Origin: Octopus vulgaris
Taxonomy: Eukaryota
Direction of reading: 5' to 3'
DNA: 64,000 nucleotides
Assembly: GCA_951406725.2 (NCBI GenBank)
Contig: OX597816.1
Span: forward strand, 111,476,001 to 111,540,000
The notes beneath the pieces were generated by a model, which saw only the letters and a list, made by a program, of their open reading frames with translations, had not been told where the DNA came from and searched no databases. Shown piece after piece: positions 37,139-51,469 of the stretch. How positions within the stretch are numbered: position 1 is the stretch's first letter; each line of letters begins with the position of its first letter. Made by a program: the position numbers and the translations under genes.

Positions 37139-37897
37139 TAGACAGATAAATAGATGCACTGATTGGTAGGTAGAAAGAAATTTCATCTCAGTTAAATTCT
37201 TTTCAATATATGTTGAGTTTCATCCTTGAAACAAAAAGGATAGCATCAAAGATTTCAGAATATTCCTACAACAGTAGAAAGCAAAACAAAAACAACAAAA
37301 ATGACCAAAACCCACTTGCATATTCCATTCAACATCGAGTTGTGTATTCTATCTATTGGAATGTAGAATATCTGATTATGACTATGTCTATGTGTGTGTA
37401 TTTGTGCGCATGTAATTGTGTGCTTGGGTGTTTGTGTCTGTATCTGTGTTTTTGCATGTGTGTGTGTATCGGTGGTTGTGTGTGTGTGTGTATATATGTA
37501 GAAGGGGGCTATAACAATAACAAAAAAAATTTTAAATCAAATTTCAAATTATGGACTCAAATAAGACCTTTATATTCATTTTGTTAATTACATGAGATTC
37601 CAAGGAATTTAATTAGCATTAATGTTGCTATATTGGTGGCCAGTATGTTTAACACATGTTTAACGCACCAACAAGTTGAGTAGATGATGCAGAGTAATGC
37701 ATGATCAATACTTGCAATACATCAGATATAGAGCTGACAAAACTTCATTTACACTTATTTATACATACATATATATACACACACACACATATATATATGT
37801 ATGTGTATATGTACGTATGCCTGTATGTGCGTATGTATAAATGTATATATGTATGCATATATATATAGCGAGAGATATATACATATGTCTATATATC

Positions 37898-37929
<32 letters not shown>

Positions 37930-38282
37930 TATATGTATACATACAAATATGTATCTATAAATATATGTATACATTCATATATACATATTTACATAAACAT
38001 ACAAACATAATATCCCTTAGACCCCATCTTTGCTTTCCCTACTTTTGCCTAGCCCACATCCCAACACCACCACACCACACCACACACCACCACACCACAC
38101 CACACCACACCATACACTACCACACCACTATACCACACCATATCACACCACCTCGCACACACTGACCACTTCCCAGCACCTACACCATCATCCACACACA
38201 TAAAAGACTTTCTCACTTCTTGAGCATTAAACTAATACATGTGTTTGTTGTTTACACACCCATATCCGCCTTTTGTTTTTTT

Positions 38283-39066
38283 GTAAGAGGGAATGCGTTG
38301 AAGAAGTAGACCCAGGAAGACCTGGGATGAGGTGGTGAAGCACAACCTTCGAACACTGGGCCTCACCGAGGCATTGACTAGTGACCAAGACCTTTGGAAA
38401 TATGTTGTGCTTGAAAAGACCCAGCAAGCCAAGTGAGATCATAACCCGTGGTCTATGGCAGCAGTGTAACAAGCCTACTTATGCATACCTTTCTTTCGTT
38501 GGACACTAAACTTTGCTTGCAGAGACCTGTTGAGGCAAGTAAAATCACAATTAAAAATCACAATCAAAATCAAATTCTCTGATATGGCCAATAACACTGC
38601 TTGATTGGCACCCGTGCCAGTGGAACATTAAAGCACCATCCGAGCGTTATTGTTGCCAGGACCACCGACTGTCTGCCATGCCAGTGGCACATAAAAAGCA
38701 CCATTCGAGCGTGACCATTACCAGCGTCGATAGACTGGCACCTGTACCAGTGACATGTGAAAAAGCAACATTCGAGTGATAATATTGCCCGTGCCGCTGG
38801 ACTGGCTCCTGTGGATGTGGCGCATAAAAAACACCATTTGAGCATGGCCATCACCAGTACCGCCTGACTGGCTCTCGTGCCAGTGGCACGTAAAAGGCAC
38901 CCATTACACTATCAGAGTGTTTGGTGTTAGGAAGATCATCCAGCTGTAAAAAATCTTCCAGATCAAATTGGAGCCTGGTGCAACCATCTGGCTCACCAGT
39001 CCTCAGTCAGACCGTCCAACCCATGTCAGCATGGAAAGCGGACGTTAAACGATGGATGATGATGAT
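38283..39066 (+). mobile_element. RTE LINE 3' end (ORF end plus repeat-containing 3' UTR)
   Basis: SRPRKTWDEVVKHNLRTLGLTEALTSDQDLWKYVVLEKTQQAK*, then gcac.taaaaagcacc repeats and a (GAT)n tail. Confidence 0.85.
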
Positions 39067-39067
39067 A

Positions 39068-39111
<44 letters not shown>

Positions 39112-39829
39112 CTGTCTTTAAACGATGTGTGGGGGTTCAACAATTTCTTACTGAACAACCACACATGATTTGATTATAATGATCAAGTGTTTGTGTAGAC
39201 ATAATCTCACTCCTTCCTTCAGATTGAGATTACCTATACATATACATATATGCACTACCTCAAGTCCCTGGGAATTCCCTATGCTTTGTTGTAGGTCCAT
39301 AGCTCATAAGGGTGCTCCATACTGGGCTAACCATCACGTACATAATTCATGTTGCAAGGAGTCCTTCACTTCTATACCATTATAAAACTTATAGGTTCTG
39401 TCACGTAATCTTCTCGTGTAAACATAAGTTTTATTCCACATTTGCTCATTACTCAAAATTTTATAATTTTTCCTAACTATATCTGGACCTTTTTACTCTT
39501 TCTCCAAATGTGTAAGTGCCAATTTTCCCTCGTATTCTTGTATATTCTCTTTTTCTGAACACACTTTCTTCTCTGCTACTGCCATTCCTGCTCCTTTACC
39601 GCAATGCTTATCTCTTCCTGCCTCTACGTCTAGCCAGTTGACATTCATAACTGATTTATGGTATCCTTAACATTATCTTTGCCATCTATGTTGTTTCCTT
39701 TCATTTGGTTGATTTTAATTTTATCTTCGCCTCTTCTCTCTCCGGTTCTATCTTTCTTCATTTCTTTTTATATTCTAAAAGTTGTCCTTCCTCTTCTTTC
39801 TCTCACTCTGATCTAGTTCTGCTTCTTTT

Positions 39830-40005
39830 CTTCGTTTAACGTCCGTTTTTCAAGCTAGCATGGATTGGACGGTTCGACCAGGGTCTGGGAAGCCAGGAGG
39901 CTGCATCAGGCTCCAGTCTGATCTAGCAGTGTTTCTACAGCTGGATGCCCTTCCTAACGCCAATCACTCCGTGAGTGTAGTGGGCGCTTTTTACGTGCCA
40001 CCGGC
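39830..40005 (-). mobile_element. RTE 3' UTR fragment
   Basis: Reverse complement of the family tail. Confidence 0.8.
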
Positions 40006-40119
40006 AAGGTCTCCTTGCAACATATTTTCTAATCTTATTCCGTACATTTTTGTGCTCCAAGTAAGTATATTTTTATCAAGCTTAACTGTGTTCATCTCCA
40101 TTGCTATCTCTATATATAC

Positions 40120-40170
<51 letters not shown>

Positions 40171-41454
40171 TACATATGTACATAGATATATATGCATGTA
40201 TATATATATTTATATACACACGCATGTATATATATATAGAGAGAGTGACAGATAGACAGACAGACAGACAGATACGTTGGTATGCGTATGTATGTATGTG
40301 ATATGTTAACACTTCCAGCCACAGTAAAGTACGTAGTAATTAAATATTACAGTCAATCAGCTTTAAAGTAGTCGACATTATTTACAATCTTTATCACCTT
40401 CAAAGGTGTAAACTACAGTAGTAGCTACAAGCTTTGGTCCTGGAAATCTTCTAAGAGATATTTGTTAGTTTATGTTCTGTGATTAGCACCATTGATGGTG
40501 GACAGCCAAGTTGGGTCCCTTGATAATATATGTAAAAATATTACAATATCAAGTATTGAAAATCTCCCAGACTGAAAAAGACTGGTTTTTACAGATATCA
40601 TATATTAGACTACTCACTATTTCACTCACATACAATCACAATTATACCTATGATTCATAATACAGTATGTTACTTGTAATTCTGTGCATGTGTATGTGCG
40701 CGTGCACGCATGCGTACGTGCATGCATGTATGACTGTGTGTGCACATGCACATGTCTGATGTATGTGTATATATGTAAAACCACCATGATCGAGTAACTA
40801 TTAGCTTTTGTCACAGCATCTCTCTAGGAGAGGGACACTGGTTTAAAGCTGCAGTTTCATATAATTTCAGGTCATTTCAGTTTGGCCTGTCACTAGGTAC
40901 TAATCATGGAGACTTCAAGAGTAACTGTCATGTTGTACAAGCATTTATCACTATAATTTAAGGATGATCAGATGTCTCTTTATGGTGATTTTATTCATCA
41001 TTCTATCAACTAAAAGTCTTATGACAATGGAAAAGTTGTGACATGTGCAAACCTAACCAGCTGGAAATACACAGTAAGTTACAACTTTGGTCTGTCACCT
41101 ATGCTCCAAATCATGCAGATCTGCAATAGGCCATGGACAGAAACTCAGAAATACTATTGACAGCAGGGAAGCACAGTGAGACAGCTATCATCTGTGTAGG
41201 TCAGTCATTATGTGTGTAAGTATGTACGTATATGTTTATATATATATATATATAGTTTATAGATGACATCCAAATATTTTCAGTATAGAGATTTAAATTT
41301 GAGTGGGTATAGAAGTGAATGTAAGGATAAGATATTTAGACAGATTAATATATAAAGTATATTAAATACATGAAATACAAAAATGTGTACATATATGTAT
41401 GTATATAAAAAGGTCCAATGTACACAGAAAACAAATGATATAGAGAATTAAAGG

Positions 41455-41614
41455 GATGTAATGGCTGTGTGGTAAGTAGCTTGCTTACCAACCATGTGGT
41501 TCCAGGTTCATTCCCACTATGTGGCACCTTGGGCAAGTGTCTTCTACTGTAGCCTCAGGCTAACCAAAACCTTGTGAGTGGATTTAGTTGACAGAAACTG
41601 AAAGAAGCCTGTCG

Positions 41615-41687
<73 letters not shown>

Positions 41688-42000
41688 ATATATATATATA
41701 TGTATATATATATATCTTTATATATATGTATATATGTATGTATGTATGTATGTATATATGTATGTATGTATGTGTGTGTGTGTCTATTTTTGTGTGTCTG
41801 TGTTTGTCCCCCCAACGGCGCTTGACAACTGATGCTGGTGTGTTTACGTCCCCATAACTTAGTAGTTTGGCAAAAGGGAACGATAGAATAAGTACTAGGC
41901 TAGGCTTACAAAGAATAAGTCCTGGGGTCGATTTGCTCGACTAAAGGCGGTGCTCCTGCATGGCCACAGTCAAATGACTAAAGTAAAAAGGAATAAAAGA
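41455..42000 (+). mobile_element. Octopus-type SINE with internal microsatellite
   Basis: Same architecture as 30487-31030. Confidence 0.85.
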
Positions 42001-42160
42001 GATCCTCTTTAATTTTCTATATCATTTGCTTTCTGTGTAAGCAGGACCTTTGTATATGTATACATTTATACATTTTTTTGTATTTCAAGTTTTTAATATA
42101 CTTTATATATTAATCTGTCTAAATTGCTTTTCCCTATATTCACTTCTGTTTACACACACA

Positions 42161-42232
<72 letters not shown>

Positions 42233-43226
42233 GTTAAAATGGTAGTAACATTGAACAACCATGTTAATGTGGAGATAAACATCACTTAAATATATACATG
42301 CATATGCATATACATACACACACACATATATATATACTTATGTGTGTGTGTGTGTATATATATATATATCCAAGTGAGTTGACTAACAAATGAAAGTGGT
42401 ATTTAATGCATTTGGTTCAAGCTACAGGTCCAGACTACAAACAAAACTTTAAGTCATATGGAGCTGAGTCTAACAGATATCAAATGTGTATGCAGGTGTG
42501 TGTATATGTGCATGCATGTGTGTGCATGTGTGTGTGCTTGTGTGTGTGTGTGTGTGTGTGCGTATGTATGTGTGCGCATGTGTGTATGTGTGTGTGTGTG
42601 CAATAGTGATAGGAGCATCTGGTAAATACCATGGCTAACAACTTTACTAATTAGCATGGACTACCACTGCTTTGTTTCCACTGCCAAGATTCTTGACGAC
42701 CAATGACGTAAGAGCTCACGAAACTCTCAGTAAGTATTGAGTGTGATATAGTTGAACTCTACAAACAGCAGTTGTTCTGTAGTTCACTGGCTTGCAGTTA
42801 CTACAGAACAACTGCATGCAATTGTCTATTGTTGCATCTAACAGAGACTATTTCTTATTAAACTGATTTTATTTTATATTTCAACTTGTGAACAATAGTT
42901 TCATTACTTACAGGATTTCAATTAGCTGACCATTGGTTCACTGCATTTCTGATGGTGAGATTAATGATGGAATGCAGAAAATGCAGGGCAAAAGATTCTG
43001 CTTGAAGAGTATCAGTTTTTCAATTTTCTTGTGCATTGGTAAAGGATATAATCACAGTTAGATAGGCAGACAGGCATTCAGACAAACAGACAGACATGTG
43101 GATAGATTATATAATGAGTTCCTGCACAGTTTCCATTTACCAAATTTCACTAACTAGATACAGGTCAATCCAAAAGTATGGTAAAAAAAACACTTGCCCA
43201 AAAATCTGAATATGGGAATCAAACCT

Positions 43227-43457
43227 ATCTCTTTACTACCCACAAGGGGCTAAACACAGAGGGGACAAACAAGGACAGACAAACGGATTAAGTCGATTAC
43301 ATCGACCCCAGTGCATAACTGGTACTTATTTAATCAACCCCGAAAGGATGAAAGGCAAAGTTGACCTCAGTGGAATTTGAACTCAGAACGTAGCGGCAGA
43401 CGAAATACTGCTAAGCATTTCGCCCGGCGTGCTAACGATTCCGCCATCTCACCACCC
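43227..43457 (-). mobile_element. tRNA-derived SINE (2874 family) nested in an older SINE
   Basis: Reverse complement of 2874-3095. Confidence 0.85.
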
Positions 43458-43774
43458 ATTCCTGCTGAATCAAACCATTAGCTTACTTAATTACAAAGAC
43501 ACAGAAACTAGATTAGTGCTGACTGTATTGATCTTTGTGAATTGGAAACATCTAGGAAGCCTACAAAAGTAATCAACATTCACAAATCCTCTAAGACAAT
43601 GAAATCAATACTTACAGTCATTATAAAATACAAAATATCAAGTTTCAAAATAGACTCTTAAAACTTCATATCAACCTTTTAAAATCACTTAGCCATATCA
43701 GCTATACACAAGAAAATTACTTGAAAATATTCACTTCCCTCCTCCATATGCCTTAGAAAAGAAAAATCACTTAC

Positions 43775-43928
43775 CAATAAACTCTATCTGTTTGTTACAT
43801 TAACTTTGCCATTGCTACAGATATAGTAAATAGCAAACAGCTGATACTGAGCTGTTTCTCCAATCACAATTATTCTGATGAACTTGTAATACAGAACAGA
43901 CCTAATGATTTTTGTGAATGTTATTTTC
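43775..43928 (-). other. Candidate non-coding exon (154 nt)
   Basis: Acceptor gtttgttttccttctctcag|G and donor TTG|gtaagt in sequence with no recognised repeat. Stops in all three frames. Confidence 0.35.
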
Positions 43929-45505
43929 CTGAGAGAAGGAAAACAAACAACTGCCATGCCTATTTTCTTGCAAAATTTCCTGCCATACCATGCTGCTAAC
44001 TGATCATACAGCAGCCTCTCAAACTTAGGATTCATAAAATAGAAGCAATGCATTATTCTTTCATTGTTAGACTTTAGTCATACTGATGTACGAGCTTCAG
44101 GGTTTTTTAGTCATTTCCTTTGACACTAGTGTTTATTTAACCTATGCCTGTTTCATGAATTTATAAGTTACATTCTTTTAACTTGATAAGATTTTTTGCC
44201 ACAAGTCTTATGACAATTACATGAACACAAATACAGAGAAACATACACTCACAGAAAAATGCACACATACCTTGCATGTGTGAGAAGATGCTTGACCTGG
44301 ATAGATCTTGTCAGCAATTTCTGACACCACCCCATATCAGTCTTGCAAGTCAAGCCTGAGTGTTGGTTGTCTTCAACATAGAATTATACCTGAGATCTCT
44401 CAGGTGATACATGTTTGTAACATGCTTCTAAGCAAAATGAGACAAAATGGTACCAGATGTTTTCTCAATCAAATATCACTGGAATGACTCAAAAGGAATT
44501 TATTTCTATATCCACTGTTACTACTGAAAGATCTTCAGGTACATGGGACATTATTATTGTCTTTTGAATCAGCAGATCACTGAATTAATTCAGTTTGAGC
44601 CTATAGTAGTATTGATCCTAGCATCACAATCCAATACAAACACTCAACAATTGATCAGCTGCATGGTCACTTAACTTGCTAAAAGCAGCATTTGACCTTT
44701 ATGGAACTGAATCAACCCATCTTAGACATACATGCATTAACAGACACAGAATCCTAGATATATTATCTTTGAAAATAGGACGAGCGTGTACATCACTGGA
44801 AAGTCATTCAATATATGTCTGGTCAATCTGTGTCAACATGGGGCTAAATTAAAAATGAAGATAATAACTGTTCTGGTATTATAAAATGCTAGGTATTATT
44901 GGCAACAATAAGAAAAGAAATGTAGGTTCTGCTGACTTGAATCCCAAACAGTAGTCCTTGGTTTCTTAGTAGGTCATCATTGCCAGTGGAGCAATTCAGC
45001 TAATACTGATATTTCATTAATGATAGAGTAGTTAACAACCATGCTATACTAATGGTAAATACTGTTCACATCACTTAACATTGCTTCATTAAATTCATTT
45101 TAACAAAATTCCAATATAAATATATTATACAAACAATTTCTTCTTAGCCAAGTGAGGCCTGCAAAGGCCTATGTCTTGTCTTCCGCTGTGCATAAGCATA
45201 TATAAGTGTCTTTATAGGTATGAACACAGAGCTGCACACACATAGAAATGTGCACATATGCATGCACACACACACACACACACACACACATGCTAATGCA
45301 TTTATGTCTGTTTAGATATTCATGAATGTCTATCTATATATAAACATATATATATATAGAGAGAGAGAGATGTATGCATATAAACATAAATATATAAATA
45401 TAAGCATACACAGATATATATTTGTGTGTATATATATCATCGTCGTCGTCGTCATCATCGATTAACGTCCACTTTTCATGCTGGCATGGGTTGTATGTAT
45501 ATATA

Positions 45506-45557
<52 letters not shown>

Positions 45558-46255
45558 CATACACACACACATACATAATATACAAATATTATAGATATAC
45601 ATACATAAATATATATATATATATGTACGTATTTCTATATATATATGTATAAATACATATACACACATATATATATCACATACACACAGACATATACACA
45701 TAGGTATGTATGCACATGCATATATATGTATATAATATTCATATATATTGATATATATACCTATATCTTATAACTCTGTGTGTGTATGTGTATGTGGTGT
45801 GTGTGTGTATGTGTGTGAGTAAATACATGTGCACGTATATATGGATAGCTGGATGTACTTATGTACATATGTACATACGCTTATACAAATATGGATCTGC
45901 AGACAAAGAGATAGATACAGATTACCCATATTTGATCAAGCAATTTGACATGTAATTAACTTTTGAGTAAATATCTCCGAGATGTGTTTCAAATTATTTA
46001 TTTTACTTTTGTATGGTTTCTTGATTTTTTTTTTTTTTGACTGTTTGATTTCAGCTTTCTTCTTATTTTTTTTATCATCATGACCCAGAACAACATCTAA
46101 TTGTTGCTACTAGCGGCATCATCATCTTTAGCAAACATCCTGACAGCTTCATCCAATTAATGGTAAAAGGAAGAATGGAAGAGTTTAGCATTAATTTTAT
46201 AAAAGCATTCATATATATGTAAATATATATGCACATGCATATATACATACATACA

Positions 46256-46347
<92 letters not shown>

Positions 46348-46532
46348 TACATATACATGTATACATACACACACACATATATATATTCATAATATATGTA
46401 TATATATATACATGATATACATATATATGCATATCTATATGTATATACATATATTTGTATAGAACATATATATGAATATGTAAATATATGTGTATATATA
46501 TATATATTTATATATGTATGTATAAGTATGTT

Positions 46533-46568
<36 letters not shown>

Positions 46569-47310
46569 TATATATGTATATATATATACACACACACACA
46601 CACATATATATATGTTCACATGTATGTGTGTGCATGCGTATATAAATGAGTGGATGTGTGTGTGGATATGTATTTGTGTTTGTATATATGTGTGTGTGTG
46701 CAGGTATACTTACACACAGAAACACATGCACACATATTAGTTTTCTGTACATTTATTTAAAAACACTGTACTATATTTATTTTCTCGTATATTCTCTATT
46801 TGTTTGGTTTTACTTATGATTGTTTGTGTCTTTTCTCCTTTTGTATCCTTAATTTGAGCAGTGTTTGCAAATCACTAAGACAATAAATAATGTTTTTGTA
46901 AGTTTAATGCCACTGATTCTTTTTATATGGCTCATAAATCTAATATTGGTTTCACACAATTTCTCTCTTACATATAGCTTCAGCTGCAGTGTGTTCATAC
47001 ACCACACACATACACAAACACATGCACAAAAACGCCCACGCACCCCATACATACATATGTACACTTATATGTATGTATATATATATGTATGTATGTATGC
47101 ATGCATGCATGTATGTATGCATGCATGTATGCATGTATGTGTGTAGGTATGCATATATGTATATATGTATGTATACATAAATATGTAAGTGTATGTAAAT
47201 GTGTGCATATTTATATATGTATATATATCATTGTATGCATATATGCATGCATATAATATGCCTATGTACATAACCACACACATGTATATACATATATATC
47301 TATATGTATG

Positions 47311-47350
<40 letters not shown>

Positions 47351-47547
47351 GGTATGTAGAAAAATACAACATGGACAAGAATGTATAACTCTTAGAAGAC
47401 GATACAATAAACACGGACAGGACATTCGAAACCCTCAGTCTTCAGTCAAGAACCGGATCATCGTAGTAATTTCGGCTGATTATACACACACACACCCATA
47501 TGCACACACCCATATGCACACACACATAAATAAATATATTCAAGCAT

Positions 47548-47905
47548 GATCGTTGCCACTGCTGCCTGACAGACTCCCATGCTGGGGGCACATAAAAAGT
47601 ACCATTCGAATGTAGCTGATGCCAGTGTCGGCTGACGGGTCCCATGACGGTGGCACATAAAAAGCACCATTCAAGCGTGGTCGTTGCCAGTGCTGCCTGA
47701 CTGGACCTCATGCTGGTGATACGTAAAAAGCACCTACTACATTCTCAGAGTGGTTGGTATTAGGAAGGGCATCCAGCTGTAGAAACTTTGCCAGATCAGA
47801 TTGGAGCATAGTCCAGCCTTCTGTCAAACTGTCCAACCCATGCCAGCTTTGAAAGCAGACGTTAAACAATGATGAGATGATGATGATGATGATGATGATG
47901 ATGAT
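47548..47905 (+). mobile_element. RTE 3' UTR fragment
   Basis: gcacataaaaagcacc repeats, family tail and (GAT)n. Confidence 0.75.
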
Positions 47906-48024
47906 ATAATCAACATACATACATACATACATATATTATACTTATATTTATGCATACATTTATAAGTATATATGTTTCCATATTTATACTCATATTTATA
48001 CATATGTGTGTGTGTATGTATATG

Positions 48025-48069
<45 letters not shown>

Positions 48070-48076
48070 GTATATG

Positions 48077-48120
<44 letters not shown>

Positions 48121-48399
48121 GAGAGAAAAAGAGCGTGGGAGTTAATAACTCTGCAGTTAAGGAGTTTTGTTGCACAACCATGTGATTGCAGTTTCAGCCT
48201 CACTTCATAGCACTTTAGGCTTCTACTAAAGCCACAGGCTAACCAATGACTTCTGAGTGGATTTGTGGGATTGAAACTGTAAGAATCCCATTGTGCATAT
48301 GACTAATTTCGTAATAAAATGCAGATGGCTAGCTGGATGAATCCTCTGAACTTTCAAAACGAGAGCGAAGGAAACTATGATAGTCCTTTGGAAGGCCTC

Positions 48400-48815
48400 A
48401 GTTACCACACAATATAAAATTCATGGTGGAACTCAAAGCAATCCAAGGAAGCTACTCGATGAAAATCATCTCAATGCAACATATCAGCTACTGAGAAAGG
48501 CTTAAAGAGTTCAAATCCTTCTTCCTGGAGCAAAGGTGGGAAAAACATGCAGTGGTGTACAGCTGGAAAATCCTGGAAGGCTTTGTATCAAACTTTAGCA
48601 TTGAAAGTTACACAAACAGCAGAATGGGGTGCCACTGCATTGTGCCAAAGATCCCAGCATCACCATCAAAATAGAGGACCAGATACTGCAACAGCATAAA
48701 ACTCCCTCATTCACCAAATGCTACATATAAAAAATATAAAAAGAGGTTTCAAATAATGGAGTAACACAGCCAACAGTGGTGCCCTAGCATGACCACAGCC
48801 TTAAAGCTGAAACAC
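48400..48815 (+). mobile_element. Decayed CR1-like LINE 3' fragment
   Basis: ELKAIQGSYSMKIISMQHISY*ERLK...WKILEG...IESYTNSRMGCHCIVPKIP. Tail ggtgccctagcatgaccacagccttaaagctgaaac. Confidence 0.65.
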
Positions 48816-48833
48816 TTTAAAGATTTAGCAATT

Positions 48834-48869
<36 letters not shown>

Positions 48870-49435
48870 TCCAACCAACTAAGGGATAACATCGATCCAA
48901 TATACTGCTGGTGGAATGCCCAATTATTAATACACAAGTGTTCTTTCATTGCATGGCAATTACATTACTGAATGTAATAAACGAGTGAGGGTAAAAAGTT
49001 GTTTCACCTTTAATTTAGACGGCAATAAGAAAATAAAGGAGATCAAGAGTTGGTATTCATCAACTTTTGGACATTATATTATGTCTATTTATTTATTTAA
49101 AAAAAAAACAATTATAACAATAAACATACATGTATAACATATTATGCTTTACATATATAAAAAAAATACCAGCAATTATTAAAATATGTAACATAGAACA
49201 TAGAAAGTAGAATAGTTTCTCACAGCTGTTTCAACCAAGAGGCCATAGTATCCCACTTTACTTCCATCCCTTCAGTGAACTGAAGTATTTGGTAGATAAG
49301 ATTAAGGTTTTTGGATGTGCCTCTGGGTTTTGTCAGAGAGTTTAGAAAGTTCATGAAGTTAAGTTATAAATATAAATACATACATATATACACACTTTTA
49401 CATATACATACATATACATAAATACATATCTATAC

Positions 49436-49469
<34 letters not shown>

Positions 49470-49473
<4 letters not shown>

Positions 49474-49617
49474 TCATCATCATCATCATCATTTAGCATC
49501 CGCTTTCCATACTAGCATGGGTTGGACGGTTCAACTGGGGTCTGTGAAGCCAGATGGCTGCATCAGGCCCAGTCTGATCTGGCAGTGTTTCTACAGCTGG
49601 ATGCCCTCCTAACGCCA
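49470..49617 (-). mobile_element. RTE 3' UTR fragment
   Basis: (CAT)n followed by the reverse complement of the family tail. Confidence 0.8.
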
Positions 49618-49795
49618 AAGGAATCAATTATTATCATTATTAGGTGTTTTATATTATTCTTATTAGATAAAGTATAAACAGAGAAAAGAGAAAATTATTG
49701 AAAGAGAAATAATAGTTGAATTTAAATAATCAATCTATCTTAAGATTATTGTAGTTATGTAGGAATGAAAAGGTATATAAATGAGGAATACATAC

Positions 49796-49826
<31 letters not shown>

Positions 49827-50574
49827 TACATACACATACACACATATATATATATATTTATGTTATATATATTTACGTACAAACATACCCATAGGTACAT
49901 ACATATTTCATGTGTTGAGAAGAGAGGATTACTGTAGTAGTTCGTATTTTTCTTTTTATATAATTATAATAATTATACACAAACATATATATACACATAT
50001 AAACATGACATATGTTTTCTATTGAGGGCTTGAGATAAAGGTCCACAATAAGTAGGTTACAGTTTAAATTAATACCTGTGATATTAGTCGGTACTAAAAA
50101 TAATAAATTTCTGGGTATTAATCAAGATACTTTATTAATTTTCTTTACTTTTTATTTATTGAGTTGCTGAAATCCTGCAGGAATTGGGGAGGGGGTTATG
50201 GTCAGTCCCGTAATCTAATTGGTCATCTATTGTTTTGAAAGGCCATGTCTTTGTTATGGTTGGTTAATGTATAACCGATAACATAAACAACAAAGTAGGC
50301 AAAAATATATAAATGTATACAAATAAAAAACAAATAATCCAAGGTTAACTATTAGTAGGTAGGATAGTAAAAGTCAATAGATATATAAATAAGGATAGTA
50401 AAAGTCTATATATATACATACACACATATTTTCTCTCCTTGTTTTTTATGTGTCCCTTTCTGTAGAAGAGAGTAGGCCCAAAACATGAAAGACTTTTTCT
50501 ATTCCTGAGTGTTATACTAATACATCTGTTTGTTTTGTACACCACCTGTCTTCGTCTTTTGTTTTTTTCGTAAA

Positions 50575-50619
<45 letters not shown>

Positions 50620-50620
50620 C

Positions 50621-50930
50621 ACGAGGTCTGATCAATAAATATCCAGACTATTGCTATAGTAACAAAGCTAAAGCACACAGATAAAGCTGTTTAGCACTGA
50701 CTGACCTTGAACTCTGCTGTGCACATGTACTAAATTTTATCATTCTAACTCACTTATGCTGCTTACAGCAGTGCTTGGAAGGAAGATGTATAGCATGTGA
50801 TCATCACATTGACCATGACAGAGAGAGTTGTCATGATGATACCTGCTCAGAGGCCTATGCAAAGTTGCAGAAAGTGTATGGAGAGGAGTGTATGAGCCAC
50901 ACACAAATGAACTAGTGGTTCAGATGTTTC
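50621..50930 (+). mobile_element. mariner 5' fragment
   Basis: TIR-like acgaggtctgatcaataaatatcc. Peptide DTCSEAYAKLQKVYGEECMSHTQMN*WFRCF. Confidence 0.7.
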
Positions 50931-50934
50931 ACTT

Positions 50935-51205
50935 GTCACACTTGTCATTGTTTCTGCAAGGCCCAACGTTTGAAGGGTGTGCTTCACTACCCCATCCCAA
51001 GTCTTCCTGGGTCTACCTCTTCCACAGGTTCCCTCCACTGTCAGGGTGTAACACCTCTTCACACAATTGTCCTCATTCATATGCATCACATGACCATACC
51101 AGCGCAGTCATCTCTCTTGCACACCACATCTAATACTTCTTACGTCCAGCTTTTCTCTTAGAACACTTACACTCTGTCATGCATGCACACTGACATTACA
51201 CATCT
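50935..51205 (-). mobile_element. RTE LINE coding fragment
   Basis: MNEDNCVKRCYTLTVEGTCGRGRPRKTWDGVVKHTLQTLGL. Confidence 0.8.
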
Positions 51206-51469
51206 TTTAAAAGACTGAAGTCAGGCAGTGGTAGCCACTGAAAGCCATCTCCTAAGAAATAATAGTAGTGAATGGAATCTCACAGAGTATTGTCTTGGGG
51301 TAACTGCTGTCCATAGTGGCTCCCACAGACATACCTTCAATTATACAGACAGCTATGCAGACAATACAAAAGAATCATAGGTGATAATGAACTCTAGAAA
51401 TACTATACATTTATAGCATAGTTTAAATATTATACATAAGTGGGCTTGAAGGAAATAAAATGCAATTTA

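Noticed and set aside
43820-43999. + strand open frame ending ...AIPCC*
   Set aside because: No recognisable homology and a weak acceptor. It overlaps the better-signalled minus-strand exon.
1636-48210. Dozens of [22 protein letters not shown] ORFs in the track
   Set aside because: They are translations of (TA)n, (CA)n, (TAA)n and (AGAT)n microsatellites, not genes.
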